Below, in pieces: positions 41,791 through 51,928 of a stretch of DNA of 64,000 nucleotides. Both the position numbers and the translations under genes were made by a program. The notes under the pieces were generated by a model, which saw only the letters and a program-made list of their open reading frames with translations, was not told the origin of the DNA and searched no databases. Within the stretch, counting starts at the first letter, position 1; each line of letters begins with the position of its first letter. This DNA is from an uncultured virus (IMG/VR IMGVR_UViG_3300042887_000814) (taxonomy: Duplodnaviria; Heunggongvirae; Uroviricota; Caudoviricetes): IMG/VR virus record IMGVR_UViG_3300042887_000814, positions 1 to 64,000 of that record. One strand, 5' to 3'.

Positions 41791-42390
41791 TCATTCGAAA
41801 AGACTATTGAACACCGGGGCGGTCCCTGCCATTTGTATAAATCTCTTCATCCCGCAATCTGTGATCCTAAAAGCATAACTATTTCCGTCTTTATATTCTA
41901 AAAACGCAGGGCTATTTTTACTGCTTTTGATACTACAGGATTCAAGTATAGTTCCAGTCTGGAAGTAATGATCGTGCAAAATCGATCTAGCATCTTCATA
42001 TGCTTTACGCAACTCATTCTGTAGATCAGGGTCGTCATGAAAATGCACGACTGCGGCTTTACCCACTTTGCCGGTTTCTACATCAATAATCACTCTATAC
42101 TGGCTTTGTAATTTCTGTTTGAACGAGGTTTTATCCCAAGAATTAGCCAATATATTAGTATGTGTCATAGTGCCCACTGTGTGCGCGGCGCTACTAGAAC
42201 TTTTTCTAGTTTTGATTTCTAATAATAGGTCAGGCATATCAATGACACTATCCGATCTAACATTAAAACCTTGACGGCGTAATTCATTTTCGATCTCTCT
42301 TCCCATGCTACCATCATTACAATGTTTAGCATTGGGAAAATATAAATGATCAAAATTTACTTTTAACAATTTAGCTCGGATAGCACTCAT
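41791..42390 (-). CDS. Putative PD-(D/E)XK endonuclease, MutH/type II REase-like
   Basis: GSMGREIE...DMPDLLLEIKT. Confidence 0.5.
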   Translation of the reverse strand: MSAIRAKLLKVNFDHLYFPNAKHCNDGSMGREIENELRRQGFNVRSDSVIDMPDLLLEIKTRKSSSSAAHTVGTMTHTNILANSWDKTSFKQKLQSQYRVIIDVETGKVGKAAVVHFHDDPDLQNELRKAYEDARSILHDHYFQTGTILESCSIKSSKNSPAFLEYKDGNSYAFRITDCGMKRFIQMAGTAPVFNSLFE

Positions 42391-42836
42391 AAATCACCTT
42401 CTTTGCGGTTCTCGCTGTGGAATACGTCAAAGTGTCCGCCCGGGTATCGGGCCTGCAACTTCTTGACATTTTCGGCTACTACATCATTAGGATCAAGATT
42501 CAATGCACGACAAGCATTGACCCAATACCACATGATGTCACCTAGTTCACGCTTCATGTGAAACAATGTCTCATTGTTAAGCGGCTTACCCTGAAACGTG
42601 ATCTTCTTTACGATCTCTTGAAACTCGCCAGTCTCACTACCTAGACCGATAGCACCACAAAGCAACAATGGAACGTTGATATCCGGTCCATGCATGTATT
42701 CGCCGTTGGGTCCATATGCTTCATAGTTCCCATCAAGCCTATCTAACTGATTCATGAACGTGGTAAGATCATGACTCTCTTTGCTAGTTACAGCCTCTAC
42801 GAATTCCATATATTTGTTTAAATCGACATTATTCAT
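42387..42836 (-). CDS. mazG: MazG-like NTP pyrophosphohydrolase
   Basis: GLGSETGEFQEIVKK, RELGDIMWY, ENVKKLQARYP. Confidence 0.88.
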   Translation of the reverse strand: MNNVDLNKYMEFVEAVTSKESHDLTTFMNQLDRLDGNYEAYGPNGEYMHGPDINVPLLLCGAIGLGSETGEFQEIVKKITFQGKPLNNETLFHMKRELGDIMWYWVNACRALNLDPNDVVAENVKKLQARYPGGHFDVFHSENRKEGDL

Positions 42837-43027
42837 ACTAACTCCTTGAACATTTTTTTTCTACCATCTTCGCCTAGTACTTGATCAAAAATCTCTCTAG
42901 TTCTTTGCATCATAGCACACGCTAACATCAACTGATCATGTGGATTTTCTGCTGAAAAAATAGCAGTATCAATGATAGTCATCAATGCTTCCATTCTTTT
43001 TTCTATTGGATCGAATGAATCAGTCAT
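42833..43027 (-). CDS. Small hypothetical protein
   Basis: 64 aa, ATGA-coupled to mazG. Confidence 0.6.
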   Translation of the reverse strand: MTDSFDPIEKRMEALMTIIDTAIFSAENPHDQLMLACAMMQRTREIFDQVLGEDGRKKMFKELV

Positions 43028-43028
43028 A

Positions 43029-44156
43029 TTAAAATGCCTTCAAAATAATCATATCAGCATTAAAGCGACCATTGGGTGTAATACTTACAGCCTTGATATC
43101 TTTAAAATACTTACGTGCCGCTGGCTTGCTACCCATGATCTCTTTGATCTGAGTTTCAGGCTTACGCAACGTCTTAATTTCGCTCTGCTTGGTACAGAAG
43201 CCAAGAACGCTATTGCCTTTAACCGTAAGACTCTTTGCGTAATCATCAGCAACATAGTGATGCAGTTTACGCTTCTTGGTGTCATAGACCCAAGCCTCAG
43301 CACAACCATGCAACTTAGTAGGTGGTACGCTTACCAATTCAAGTTTATCAAGTTTGAACGTCTTGAGATACTTGAGGCTACGAACGATCTTCTCGACTGA
43401 GACGGGCTTCTTAGCACGTGGCTTGCGACCAGTCTTCTTAATATTGATATAACTATTGAGTTCGCCAATCACTGATTCAATCGTACCAATGATGTTACGA
43501 ATCTGAATCTTACCGAATCGTGCATAGGCTTCGTTCAACTGTTCATCTTTGCCTGCCTGCAATTCAGTATACTCATTCAACTTCTTAGTCCAAGCATCAA
43601 TCAAGATATGAATGTGCTGTGGAAGAATATTGTACTGAGACAACACGCTTATGGTATTGATATTATTTTCTTTCTTACATCCATCTTGAATGTATTCATC
43701 CCAGAGGCCTTCAAGTTCTCCACCTGCTTCATGCGTTTTCTCACGCATGATTTCTTGTACATTGGGACGATTAGTAACCGGCTTCTCAGCAGTCTGCGCA
43801 ACCTCAATAGTACGGATCATACGTTCGATCTCATCATCAAGCCGCTGTGTGTGTTCTTCAGATTCATAACCGCGCATAAAACACCTAGCAAGATAACCAT
43901 TGCTAGTGACAACTTTATTGTCTGGAACACGGCGAATCAGTTTTGCTTTTTCGGACTTGCCCTTGAATTCAAGATATTGGGCAATAAATTCTCGGGCATC
44001 TTTCTTATCGTAAAAATGCCCATACCAAGTTAGTGCATTACCTAGACTCCACTTAGTAGATTCATCTTGTTTAAAAAAGGGTTCGGGACCGAAATACTTC
44101 GTATCAGCATCCCTAGGGTGCAGTTCTTTAATTTCATGCGTTTTGGTGCGAGCCAT
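43029..44156 (-). CDS. Conserved hypothetical large-phage protein (basic C-terminal domain)
   Basis: 375 aa; WVYDTKKRKL, KTLRKPE, PNGRFN; GGAG RBS and sigma70 promoter. Confidence 0.7.
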   Translation of the reverse strand: MARTKTHEIKELHPRDADTKYFGPEPFFKQDESTKWSLGNALTWYGHFYDKKDAREFIAQYLEFKGKSEKAKLIRRVPDNKVVTSNGYLARCFMRGYESEEHTQRLDDEIERMIRTIEVAQTAEKPVTNRPNVQEIMREKTHEAGGELEGLWDEYIQDGCKKENNINTISVLSQYNILPQHIHILIDAWTKKLNEYTELQAGKDEQLNEAYARFGKIQIRNIIGTIESVIGELNSYINIKKTGRKPRAKKPVSVEKIVRSLKYLKTFKLDKLELVSVPPTKLHGCAEAWVYDTKKRKLHHYVADDYAKSLTVKGNSVLGFCTKQSEIKTLRKPETQIKEIMGSKPAARKYFKDIKAVSITPNGRFNADMIILKAF

Positions 44157-44189
44157 ATATGCTACTCCAGTTTATTAACACTAGCATCT

Positions 44190-44218
44190 AGTTTACTACC
44201 TTTAAATACCATTGTCAA
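44190..44218 (-). promoter_or_regulatory. sigma70-type promoter
   Basis: TTGACA-N17-TAAACT. Confidence 0.7.
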
Positions 44219-44257
44219 GTCCTATTTAAGCCATTGAATACTAGACTAAATACATGT

Positions 44258-45988
44258 ATGCCCAAATTATCGCTATATCATCCAACCAAAACTAACGATT
44301 ACAAGTTCTTCGATAAGACCATTTCGGAGCAACTGACTGTTGGCGGTACCGATCTTTATATACACAAATACATGGGTCCTAACGCTCAGACCCCTAGTGC
44401 AGACTATACACAACCCCAATATGTTAGTCCCGATCCTACACAGATACAGGATCTATTGTTTTTGGAAAATCGCGATAGAGTTTACGATCCTAACATTTAT
44501 AGATTGCGTGGACATTATAGCGTACAGAATCTAGACTTTGACCTCAGCCAGTTCGGATTATTCTTAAACAACGACATCATATTCATCGCAGTTCATTATA
44601 ACGACATGATCGATATCATTGGTCGCAAATTGATGGTCGGTGACGTATTAGAATTACCTCACTTGTTAGATTACAATCCATTGAAAGAAACGATACCGGT
44701 AGCATTGAAACGTTTCTATAGCATAACAGACGCCAACTTCGCTAGCGAAGGTTTCAGTCAGACATGGTATCCACACTTATGGCGTATTAAGTGTGAGCCA
44801 TTAGTAGATAGTCAAGAATTTACACAGATATTAACAGAACCAATCAACAAAGACAATTGGTTGGGTCCTTGGGACAAAGATAAAGTATATCCTCCTGGAT
44901 ATGTAATCACATATGGAGATAAGAATTATATAAGTTTGATTGAGGTGCCAGCAGGCATCGCGCCACCTAATCCAACATATTGGCAACTTGATCCTAATCA
45001 AAATCTCAAAGATATCTTGTCAACATATAATAAGAACATTGAGATTAATAACGCGCAACTTGAAGAAGCAAAACGCATATTACCCAAAACAGGTTACAAC
45101 AACAAAGACCTGTATGTTGTTCCTACATACGGTATCTATGAGACTAATAACACATTATCAGGTAAACTAAATCAGCCCGCACCACCTATCAATGTAGTCA
45201 CTTACAGCGGCGGCGCACCAAGCACAGGGTCATTTGGTACTGTAGTTTTCATGCGCAATCCTAAATTCAAGAATCCTAGCGCAGGAATCAAAGTAAGCAA
45301 AGAATTATTAAAGAGCATATGGGATATGACTGCGGATATGTCTATCACTAAGATGGATGTCCACGTGCAGGCAAACATAGAAGTGACTGAGACTGCTCCA
45401 ATGCAATTACGTGAGGGTAGCGGATCAGGTGCGTTAGAAGGTAATAAGGTATTATCAGTGATGTCTTTAGGTCCAGTCACTGGACCATACGGTACTGCTG
45501 ACAACACATATGCTACTGCTGATCAGGATCCTACTCAATCAGGATTCACCGGTACAGAGCCATATGGTCCAAATACTATGGACTATCGTGCAGACTGCGA
45601 TCCAGCATATCAATATATCAGTCGCGCAAGCCCAAGAAGTTTCGGCTATGAAGCAGGATATCTCACAGGAGACGGTACTGCACCTAACGGATACCCAAGT
45701 GGTGCAGGTATAGCGTTCCCGCAAAATCCTCAAGTAGGTGATTACTTCTTGCGTATCGATTACATGCCGCAGATATTATATCGTTGGGATGGAAAACTAT
45801 GGGTTCGCATAAGCACTAATGTACGAACAGAAACTGGATTTACAGCAGACGATCAAGCACAAAAGTCACAATTCATTAATAATGAAGGTGTGATATATAA
45901 CAACAACCAAGAGCAAGTGATACCTTCTGCACAACCATTATCAAGTATCTTGGAATTAGCACCAGACATTCTACCGCCCCAACCATAA
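44258..45988 (+). CDS. Neck/head-closure protein (gp14-like) with inserted CBM5/12-like module
   Basis: IQDLLFLENRDR, FDLSQFGLFL, GDVLELPH; lies before gp15-like gene; start ATG 44258 is 5 nt after CTAAATA. Confidence 0.7.
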   Translation: MPKLSLYHPTKTNDYKFFDKTISEQLTVGGTDLYIHKYMGPNAQTPSADYTQPQYVSPDPTQIQDLLFLENRDRVYDPNIYRLRGHYSVQNLDFDLSQFGLFLNNDIIFIAVHYNDMIDIIGRKLMVGDVLELPHLLDYNPLKETIPVALKRFYSITDANFASEGFSQTWYPHLWRIKCEPLVDSQEFTQILTEPINKDNWLGPWDKDKVYPPGYVITYGDKNYISLIEVPAGIAPPNPTYWQLDPNQNLKDILSTYNKNIEINNAQLEEAKRILPKTGYNNKDLYVVPTYGIYETNNTLSGKLNQPAPPINVVTYSGGAPSTGSFGTVVFMRNPKFKNPSAGIKVSKELLKSIWDMTADMSITKMDVHVQANIEVTETAPMQLREGSGSGALEGNKVLSVMSLGPVTGPYGTADNTYATADQDPTQSGFTGTEPYGPNTMDYRADCDPAYQYISRASPRSFGYEAGYLTGDGTAPNGYPSGAGIAFPQNPQVGDYFLRIDYMPQILYRWDGKLWVRISTNVRTETGFTADDQAQKSQFINNEGVIYNNNQEQVIPSAQPLSSILELAPDILPPQP

Positions 45989-45997
45989 GAGTAACAC

Positions 45998-47374
45998 ATG
46001 GCACAATTTTTTTACGACAATCAGATACGCAGATTCTTACTACAGTTCGCTAAAATTTTTAGTAACTGGTATGTGACCAACGGCAAAGACCCTAACGGTA
46101 ATGACATATTGATACGTGTTCCTATAATGTACGGTGATCAAAGCCGACAAGTATCCACAGTGATCGCTAATAATAGCGCAAGCAATTTGCCTAGTGCACC
46201 TATCATAACTTATTGGATATCAGGTCTAGAATATAATCAATCTTGGATGCAAAATCCTACATTTATTGAAAAAGTAAATGTCAGACAACGTGCATACAAT
46301 ACAGAAACTCAAAGTTATGAAACTACCCAGGGTCAAGCATTCACAGTTGAAAGATTGATGCCTGTACCTTATACACTACGTATGCAAGTTGATTTCTGGA
46401 CTACGAATTATAATCAAAAATTACAATTGATCGAACAACTAGGTACGATATTCAATCCTAGTTTAGAGATACAAAGCACTGATAATTTTGTTGACTGGAC
46501 ATCATTGAGTGTTGTCTATCAAGATGGTCTGACATTCAGTAGTCGCAGTATACCGCAAGGTACAGGTAATCCCATAGATGTGTTAAGTTGGAAATTCTAT
46601 ATGCCTATATGGTTGAGTACTAGCAGTAAACTCAAAAAGATGGGCGTCATACACAAAATCATCGCAAGCATATACAAAGGCAAAGCACTACAAGATATGC
46701 AAGATGAGGATTTATTATTGGGTACAAGACAAAAGATAACACCATATGGATATAAAGTATTGTTGATAGGTAATAGATTGCAATTATTACCTCAAGATGT
46801 TGCATTCTATCCGCCTAACACGGATCTAAATGACCCGACCCCTCCTAATACTAATCTGTATTGGCAGAGTTTATTGAACGTATATGGCAAAGTGAAGCCG
46901 GGCATCAGTCAAATATGGTTACAAAATCCATATATGGAGGATGACATAGTAGGTACTATAGTTCCTGATCCAGTCGATGATCGATTATTGATCTATGATA
47001 TCGATCCAGATACATTACCGCAAAATACATTAGCCCCAGTGGATGCAGTGGTTAATCCACAATTGTCGGGGCCAAATGCCGGGTTGCCCGGACCTGTTAA
47101 CGGTCGTAGATACTTGATTGTAGAAGACATCGGCACCACCGGATCTAGCACAGTGGCTTGGGGTTCTTTGATAGCAGAAGCAAACGACATCATACAATAT
47201 GATGCCAGTACTGGAGATTGGTTTGTGAGTTTCGATGCTAGTGCATCTACTGTCGTGGAGTATGTAACCAATCTAACTACTAATATCCAATATCGCTACG
47301 TTGACCAAGAAGGGCAATGGATGAAATCGTATGAAGGTTGGTATGACCAGGGCGATTATAGTATTGTCATTTAA
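45998..47374 (+). CDS. Tail terminator/sheath stabiliser (gp15-like) with C-terminal extension
   Basis: FFYDNQIRRFLLQF, RVPIMYG, MPVPYTL, QLIEQLGTIFNP. Confidence 0.78.
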   Translation: MAQFFYDNQIRRFLLQFAKIFSNWYVTNGKDPNGNDILIRVPIMYGDQSRQVSTVIANNSASNLPSAPIITYWISGLEYNQSWMQNPTFIEKVNVRQRAYNTETQSYETTQGQAFTVERLMPVPYTLRMQVDFWTTNYNQKLQLIEQLGTIFNPSLEIQSTDNFVDWTSLSVVYQDGLTFSSRSIPQGTGNPIDVLSWKFYMPIWLSTSSKLKKMGVIHKIIASIYKGKALQDMQDEDLLLGTRQKITPYGYKVLLIGNRLQLLPQDVAFYPPNTDLNDPTPPNTNLYWQSLLNVYGKVKPGISQIWLQNPYMEDDIVGTIVPDPVDDRLLIYDIDPDTLPQNTLAPVDAVVNPQLSGPNAGLPGPVNGRRYLIVEDIGTTGSSTVAWGSLIAEANDIIQYDASTGDWFVSFDASASTVVEYVTNLTTNIQYRYVDQEGQWMKSYEGWYDQGDYSIVI

Positions 47375-47392
47375 TATTGTTTTTGCTATAAT
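47364..47392 (+). promoter_or_regulatory. sigma70-type promoter with extended -10
   Basis: TTGTCA-N17-TATAAT (TGn), 6 nt before NUDIX ATG. Confidence 0.65.
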
Positions 47393-47398
47393 GTCTTA

Positions 47399-47815
47399 AT
47401 GAAAAATACTTCGGCTGGCATATTCTTTTATTGTACTACAACGGGCAGATTTCTATATCTGATGCGTAGTGATGCCAATTTTGCTTGGGGTGTGCCGGGC
47501 GGTAAAATTGAACAGGGTGAGACGTTGCTAGAAGGGCTAGAACGCGAGTGTATGGAAGAAGTAAATTTCTGGCCTACTGATCCAAAATTAGTACCCATAC
47601 AAAAGTTCGTTAATAATAGTTTCACCTACCATACGTTCTTTTGTGCAGTCGATGAAGAATTTGTTCCCTATCTCAACGATGAGCATGTGGGTTATGCTTG
47701 GATAGGGGCTGATCAACATCCTAAACCAATGCATCCTGGGTTATTCAGTACTATCAATATTGATATAGTAAAAGAGAAACTGAAGAGCCTTACTGAAAAT
47801 AAAAACGGGGCCTAA
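47399..47815 (+). CDS. NUDIX hydrolase
   Basis: Nudix box GGKIEQGETLLEGLERECMEEV. Confidence 0.9.
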   Translation: MKNTSAGIFFYCTTTGRFLYLMRSDANFAWGVPGGKIEQGETLLEGLERECMEEVNFWPTDPKLVPIQKFVNNSFTYHTFFCAVDEEFVPYLNDEHVGYAWIGADQHPKPMHPGLFSTINIDIVKEKLKSLTENKNGA

Positions 47816-47826
47816 GCCCCGTTTTT
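47801..47826. terminator. Bidirectional intrinsic terminator
   Basis: AAAAACGGGGC-CTAA-GCCCCGTTTTT between convergent genes. Confidence 0.85.
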
Positions 47827-47842
47827 ACTAAGTCTGTTCGAC

Positions 47843-48154
47843 TTATTTCAAGAACATCTTAAATGCTTCAACGCCCGTAGCGCCTAGAACTGCCGCCGCT
47901 CCCATTAGCATCCATTTGATTTTTTCCATGTTGCCAAGTTTTTCGGCGAGTTCATCATGAGATTTTTTATTAGCCTCTTGAAATTCTTTGAGGATAACTT
48001 TAGTCTCATCCATGTTCCTATCTAAACAGTCATGCAGGTCTTTAACTTCGACTTTTAATTCATCAACTTTCTCATCAATAACATTGATGCGAACTTGAAG
48101 AACTGCGATCTCTGTCTCGGCCTGTTCTACTCGTTTTGCGGCATTTGTAGACAT
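47843..48154 (-). CDS. Coiled-coil protein with C-terminal TM helix (XhlA/holin-like candidate)
   Basis: Heptad pattern followed by WMLMGAAAVLGATGV. Confidence 0.55.
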   Translation of the reverse strand: MSTNAAKRVEQAETEIAVLQVRINVIDEKVDELKVEVKDLHDCLDRNMDETKVILKEFQEANKKSHDELAEKLGNMEKIKWMLMGAAAVLGATGVEAFKMFLK

Positions 48155-48166
48155 AGTATGTTCCTA

Positions 48167-49282
48167 TTAAGCGTTGCTTATAGTTACTACAGGTGGTAGA
48201 GATGCCAAAGCGTTCGCTGCGATAGCAGAGTTGAACGATGCAATCACATCAGGATTTACAGTTGCTAGCACTGCTGTGCCTGTACCTGAACCTGCTCCGG
48301 TTGCAGTGAATGTAACACCAGTCATATTAGAGAAAGCACCAACTGATGTCCAGTTTGTGGTTCCTGTTTTATAAATGGTATATACTGTGCCTGCTACCAA
48401 TGATGCTGCTGCAACCTGTGCAGGGAACACTTCACTGTTATAGTCATTTAATGATGATACAAACTTAGTGCTTGCATCACTATAAGTTGCTAAGATATTG
48501 AAAGTGTTTGGAGTCAAGGCTGCGTTGGCTACGTTTGCTGTATAGCAAGCCGCAGTCAATCCGCTAGTTGTTCCTGTAACAAGATACTTTGTCTTACCTT
48601 TCTGACGAACAATAAAACCTGCCTCGTTCAATGCGAACACGAATGCACCATCATAATCTTCGTTGCTATTTGCAAGTAGATCAAGAGTAGTGTCATCAGT
48701 GATTGTATCAACGAAACCTAATACATTTCCTTCTGCATCAGTGATGCACTCACCACCTGATAATTCAGTAGTGAATAAAGTGCCAGTACCGGTGACAGTA
48801 GTGCTTGCTGTGCTTGCACTAATTGTACCTGTACCTGATACACCGATAGCCGCGCGGATTAATGTTTGTGAACCATAGATTGCTGTGTTACCACCAACGA
48901 CGCCATATGTATTAGCGTTAGTTGCTGGATAACCTGCACCACCTAGTGGATTATTGAAATAAGCATCAACAACACCAACTGATGCCGCTACAGTGACAGG
49001 ACCTGCTGTACCTAAGTTGAACTTAGTGTATGTTGGGTTTGCTGATAACTGTGTTGCTGAAACAGTGAATGTGCTGTTTGCGCCGGCGTTCAATACTTGT
49101 AATATCCAGTATGTTGTGCCTGCTACTAGGTTACCAACGTTACTTGCTGGAATGAATGGCATACCAGCGATGATACCTAGATTAGTAAAATTTGCGTTTG
49201 TAGTTACAACTTCTGTTGTGCCGTTAGTTGCTGTGATAGTAATAACGGCTTGCGCTTTCGCGATTTTAAGTGGACGACCCAT
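48167..49282 (-). CDS. Virion structural protein (Thr/Ala/Gly-rich beta modules)
   Basis: MGRPLK start after AGGAG RBS; GFIVRQKGKTKYLV; modules shared with fibre genes. Confidence 0.7.
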   Translation of the reverse strand: MGRPLKIAKAQAVITITATNGTTEVVTTNANFTNLGIIAGMPFIPASNVGNLVAGTTYWILQVLNAGANSTFTVSATQLSANPTYTKFNLGTAGPVTVAASVGVVDAYFNNPLGGAGYPATNANTYGVVGGNTAIYGSQTLIRAAIGVSGTGTISASTASTTVTGTGTLFTTELSGGECITDAEGNVLGFVDTITDDTTLDLLANSNEDYDGAFVFALNEAGFIVRQKGKTKYLVTGTTSGLTAACYTANVANAALTPNTFNILATYSDASTKFVSSLNDYNSEVFPAQVAAASLVAGTVYTIYKTGTTNWTSVGAFSNMTGVTFTATGAGSGTGTAVLATVNPDVIASFNSAIAANALASLPPVVTISNA

Positions 49283-49296
49283 TGTTTTATCTCCTA

Positions 49297-49355
49297 TAAT
49301 GCCGGGTTCTAGCCGGTACGCGGCGGGGTACCGCATAAACTCTCACCATGAGAGT
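49297..49355 (-). ncRNA. Candidate structured 5' UTR (cis-regulatory RNA)
   Basis: Three consecutive hairpins between late promoter (49364-49370) and RBS; GC-rich in AT-rich context. Confidence 0.45.
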
Positions 49356-49397
49356 ATATGATTTATTTATCAAAAAAGTCTTATTTTTTACGCTGAA

Positions 49398-49670
49398 TTA
49401 TTCGCCGATTGGCATGCCGAGTTCTGTGATAGAGAATATGCCAGTACCACTCACGCTAATATATGCTATGTAATTGCCTTCACCAACAATAAAACTATTG
49501 TTGACTGTATTTGCAGGAATAATTTCACAGGCAGTAAGATTTGCTGTTACTGAACTGTTTCCCACTGCTACAGCGATTGCACTGCTTGTTGTGGAGATAC
49601 GGACCTTCTCAGTAGTTGCTACTGATGTAAGTTGACTTGATCCGCTTGGTGTATAAATTGCCGCTGCCAT
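49398..49670 (-). CDS. Small beta-rich virion protein
   Basis: 90 aa with own ATAAATA promoter and AGGA RBS. Confidence 0.6.
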   Translation of the reverse strand: MAAAIYTPSGSSQLTSVATTEKVRISTTSSAIAVAVGNSSVTANLTACEIIPANTVNNSFIVGEGNYIAYISVSGTGIFSITELGMPIGE

Positions 49671-49696
49671 ATATTATTCCTGATAAAGTATTTATC

Positions 49697-51928
49697 TTAT
49701 AATCGTCCTACCATGACTTCGACATAACCTTCGTCTTCATCAACTTTGTTTTCAATCGCTTTACCGATAACAGTTCCTATCTGCGGTGATTTAGATGATT
49801 TAGCATAGCCGTCACCTGCACTTACAAGCATATCGCCCTTGCTCACCAAACCAACAACTTTTACTTTCACTCTACCCATCATCGCTACCATGACAGGATT
49901 CTGTGCTTGTATAGCACCATTCATGACATATGCCGGCTCTGCTGAAACAACACCTGCTATTTTACTCGTTTCCAATGATGCGGCAGTAACTTCTTCATCA
50001 CCACCAAACTCTAATACTGTACCAGGTAAATATGGTTTGTCTGCCGAATAGAATTCAGCCAAGTCTGCATATGTTGCTGTTAATCTTGAGCCGGAACTTA
50101 AAGTCCAATTACCCGTGATTGTTCCTGAAGTGGCTGCTGCACCAGTAGTGATCACAGTGGTATTTAGGTTCTGAACACTTACTGTATTTGATGTTTTGTC
50201 GAACGTGAAGGCTGTAGTTCCATTCAACACACCACCATCATTAAATTGAACAGATGTATCTACTCCACCGGCGGGATATTCATAGCCGCCGCTACCTATC
50301 ACAGCGACCTTACCTGTAACAGCAGTAGGGAATGTTAACGTTAATTGATTCTGTGTATTATAGTAAATTTCTGGATAATCATATCTTCCTACATAACTGA
50401 CGTTAGTGGCATCGACTGGGGTGACGCTTAAATATCTTGTATTTAAATTATGATTGACTGTCCATGTTGTGCTAGCAACTGTTTGATCATGTAAGTAATA
50501 TCCAGCCATTGAATTACTACCTACAATTGATACGTTACCTGCTACTGCTGTGCTCCAAGTCAATGTTAATGTGTCTGCACCAGTATAATTAACTGTTGGA
50601 TAATTATATTCACCTATGACAGATACATTGCCTGTATCTGCCGGTGTTACTGCTACATATCTCGTATCAAGATTGTGTGTGACGTTCCAAGTTGTGCTTG
50701 GTGCGGCTTGTGTATGCAAATAATAAGTTTCTGTATTCGCACTGTCACCTTCTACTACGACATATCCTGATTCAGCAGAATTGAATGTCAATGAAACTGC
50801 GTTGGCATTAACGAATGTTACTCTTGGATAATCATATCTACCTGTCCATGAGTATCCGGCGCCATTGATTGGTGTGACATCTACAAATTGTGTGTTAAGA
50901 TTGTGTATTACTGTCCATGTAACGCTGGCAGTATCTTGTCTATGGAAATAATATCCTACTGGATCTTCTCTTAAGTTACCCCAGTATAATTCACCATTAC
51001 CATCTGTTTTCAAGAATTGATATTGTTCACCGCCGGTGATAGTAACGTTTGATATTTCACCTAAATTTGTAGTACCTGTAACTACTAGATTACCGGGTGT
51101 AGGGGTTACGGCGTTACCTACACGCAATGTATTATTTAAATAATTCCATGTCAGTACTGTATCGCCAGCAAAATCATATCCGTTGTTATACTGTATGCTT
51201 GTGTTGCCGCCTGCAACTAAACCGCCGTTAGCGGTAGTAGTATTGAATATAGCGATACCGTTGCCTGGATAAGTTCCAAAACCTGTAGTGCTGATAGCAT
51301 TGGTCAATCCTGCGTCTGAGTAGATATCGTATAATTGTAAATTGCCCGGTACTGATTTCAACCAAAACACATTACCGTTAAATGTGCTTGCATATTGTGT
51401 ATTGGCGCCTGATCCAGGTAATATTGATTGAACAGTTATTTCAACACCAGAACTCAAAGGATACGGTTCTGTCAATGTCATTCTGGATGCTGGTGCTGCT
51501 GATATATTTTGTATGTCTAGTACTATTAGACCTTTTGGGGTCCAACTCAATCCACCATCGCTGTCAGTAGTGAGTACATAACCGATCTCACCACCTGATA
51601 TAGAAACGTCAGTGACATTTCCTAGATTGATTAGTCCACCTGCGCCGCCGCCTTTGTTAACCCAATTGTTCCCATCATATGATAACACTTGGCCATTAGC
51701 CAATGTGGTACCATTAATGTTCAGGTTACCTACAGCGCCGTCTATTTGATCGAATGCGATCTCGCTAAATGCAGTGAGAACCTCAATATTCTGAGTTTCC
51801 CCTAAGGTTTTACCTATAAACAGTTTTTTTACGTCGGAGGCGAAGCCTAGTTCTGCTTCATCAAGTTGAGGTAGATCGACTAAATCGCCGCTACGTTGCT
51901 GTATTTTAGAAATCTGTAATATAGACAT
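49697..51928 (-). CDS. Tail fibre-like protein with three HNL modules and putative C-terminal autocleaving chaperone domain
   Basis: N-terminal ISKIQQRSG..LPQLDEAELG anchor; C-terminal ATYADLAE...GRVKVKV...GDMLVS...GTVIGKA. Confidence 0.72.
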   Translation of the reverse strand: MSILQISKIQQRSGDLVDLPQLDEAELGFASDVKKLFIGKTLGETQNIEVLTAFSEIAFDQIDGAVGNLNINGTTLANGQVLSYDGNNWVNKGGGAGGLINLGNVTDVSISGGEIGYVLTTDSDGGLSWTPKGLIVLDIQNISAAPASRMTLTEPYPLSSGVEITVQSILPGSGANTQYASTFNGNVFWLKSVPGNLQLYDIYSDAGLTNAISTTGFGTYPGNGIAIFNTTTANGGLVAGGNTSIQYNNGYDFAGDTVLTWNYLNNTLRVGNAVTPTPGNLVVTGTTNLGEISNVTITGGEQYQFLKTDGNGELYWGNLREDPVGYYFHRQDTASVTWTVIHNLNTQFVDVTPINGAGYSWTGRYDYPRVTFVNANAVSLTFNSAESGYVVVEGDSANTETYYLHTQAAPSTTWNVTHNLDTRYVAVTPADTGNVSVIGEYNYPTVNYTGADTLTLTWSTAVAGNVSIVGSNSMAGYYLHDQTVASTTWTVNHNLNTRYLSVTPVDATNVSYVGRYDYPEIYYNTQNQLTLTFPTAVTGKVAVIGSGGYEYPAGGVDTSVQFNDGGVLNGTTAFTFDKTSNTVSVQNLNTTVITTGAAATSGTITGNWTLSSGSRLTATYADLAEFYSADKPYLPGTVLEFGGDEEVTAASLETSKIAGVVSAEPAYVMNGAIQAQNPVMVAMMGRVKVKVVGLVSKGDMLVSAGDGYAKSSKSPQIGTVIGKAIENKVDEDEGYVEVMVGRL

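Noticed and set aside
49297..49335. Plus-strand resemblance to preQ1-I (GGTTCTAGC) or twister P4 (GCCGG...CCGG)
   Set aside because: Wrong orientation relative to the promoter and gene; lacks the preQ1 A-rich tail and the twister conserved residues and pseudoknots
49697..51928. Diversity-generating retroelement target suggested by the Mtd-like N-terminus
   Set aside because: No reverse transcriptase and no template/variable repeat pair differing at adenines in this window
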